A stretch of DNA of 64,000 nucleotides, taken from the NCBI RefSeq assembly GCF_000027125.1, contig NC_017626.1; one strand, 5' to 3'. This document shows positions 63,097 to 64,000 of this stretch, in pieces. This stretch comes from Escherichia coli 042. GTDB taxonomy: Bacteria > Pseudomonadota > Gammaproteobacteria > Enterobacterales > Enterobacteriaceae. The notes under the pieces were generated by a model. That model worked only from the letters and a program-made list of their open reading frames with translations, was not told where the DNA came from and made no database searches. Each line of letters opens with the position of its first letter. Position 1 is the stretch's first letter. Made by a program: the position numbers and the translations under genes.

Positions 63097-64000
63097 CTCC
63101 CTGCAAAATGTTTTATCCGGGGTGGGAACCCTGAACCGCTACAGACTGGATATACCTTCCTGCCCGTCATCGCTGGATGTTGAAGATTTCAGCGGAACTG
63201 AAGGCATAAGTAAGATTTACCGGTATGACATCATTTTTACCAGTACGGACAGGTATCCTGATGCTGCCTGGTTCCTGCGTAAATCCGCAACCCTGATAAT
63301 GGGAACCGGATTACTGGAAAGCCTGACTGAACAGAAAAAAGTGCACGGTGTTATTACTGATTTCAGACGTATTTCTGGCTCTGAGGACCAGGCACAATAC
63401 CGGATCACACTTAAACCTTTCATTTCCCTGCTGGATAAACAGTTCCGTACACACCGTTTTTTCGTTAATAAATCAGTGCCTGAGGTGGTGGAGCAAATCC
63501 TGACGGAACACGGGCTGAAAGGCTGGGAGTATGAGTTCAGCCTCAAAAGGACATATCCGAAGCGCGAACAGATTAACCAGTATCAGGAAAGCGATCTGAG
63601 ATTTATCCAGCGCCTGCTGGCAGAAGTGGGCATTTTTTACTTCTTTACGTTGCACCCGGATGCGCAGACAGAGGTGATCCACTTCGGTGACGTCCAGGCG
63701 GCGTTGATATTTGATAAAACACTGCCCGTTAACAGCCCGTCCGGTATGAGTGACAGTGGCACAGACTCAGTATGGGCATTGAATGTGGAGCACCGGGTGG
63801 TGGAAAGCCGTGTTATCACGAACGACTATAACCACCGCGAGGCCCAGAACATACTGATGTCCGTACCGGCGGACATGACCCGTGGAGAAGGTTACGACAC
63901 CAGTTATGGCGAGGTTTATCATTACCGGCCACGCCATACAGAAAGGGGCGATAAAATTGACCCTGCGCCGGAGACGGCTAACTTCTGGGCCCGGCTCGAT
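63083..64000 (+). CDS. vgrG: T6SS spike protein VgrG (TssI), N-terminal part; runs off the window end
   Basis: Manual translation from atg 63083: MNLTDSLQNVLSGVGTLNRYRLDIPSCPSSLDVEDFSGTEGISKIYRYDIIFTS...; open to position 64000; typical VgrG gp27-like N-terminus. Not in the ORF track because no stop is reached. Confidence 0.85.
   Translation, partial: MNLTDSLQNVLSGVGTLNRYRLDIPSCPSSLDVEDFSGTEGISKIYRYDIIFTSTDRYPDAAWFLRKSATLIMGTGLLESLTEQKKVHGVITDFRRISGSEDQAQYRITLKPFISLLDKQFRTHRFFVNKSVPEVVEQILTEHGLKGWEYEFSLKRTYPKREQINQYQESDLRFIQRLLAEVGIFYFFTLHPDAQTEVIHFGDVQAALIFDKTLPVNSPSGMSDSGTDSVWALNVEHRVVESRVITNDYNHREAQNILMSVPADMTRGEGYDTSYGEVYHYRPRHTERGDKIDPAPETANFWARLD

Larger units (their letters stand above)
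31661..64000. mobile_element. pheU-associated genomic island (integrase-less, mosaic), continuing past the window end
   Basis: Begins at the tRNA-Phe 3'-end repeat ~620 bp beyond the cadC start; carries prophage-remnant-type genes (cbtA/cbeA, radC, antirestriction, flu, yeeP-like, alpA-like), an AT-rich segment and a T6SS cluster; none of these are in the K-12 cadC-pheU-yjdC region. Confidence 0.75.

Overview
The first ~31.6 kb is Escherichia coli core chromosome, read from protein identities and gene order matching the K-12 yjcZ-proP-pmrR-basSR-eptA-adiCYA-melRA-yjdF-fumB-dcuBRS-yjdIJ-ghoST-lysU-dtpC-cadABC region, all from memory and with no searches run. The one core-region anomaly is that melB is absent: melA and yjdF converge and overlap by 3 nt. 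At 31661-31682 a degenerate copy of the tRNA-Phe 3' end, next to a retained terminator hairpin, marks the edge of a pheU-associated genomic island that runs to the window end. The island has three parts: (1) a CP4-44/CP4-57-like module with a cbtA/cbeA type IV toxin-antitoxin pair, radC-like and antirestriction genes, a YeeR-like membrane protein, Ag43 (flu) with its three-GATC phase switch, and a YeeP-like GTPase; (2) an AT-rich variable segment with an orphan 339-aa gene, an alpA-like gene without an integrase, an Hha paralogue, a YagK-like gene and tandem zinc-ribbon ORFs; (3) a type VI secretion cluster, tssB-tssC-tssK-tssL-tagL-hcp-clpV-(HExxH protein)-(lipoprotein)-vgrG, behind an AT-rich promoter carrying three GATC sites. 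The most novel-looking candidates are the HExxH protein plus lipoprotein pair between clpV and vgrG, and the orphan gene in the AT-rich segment. No rRNA, intact tRNA, CRISPR array, IS element or integrase was found.
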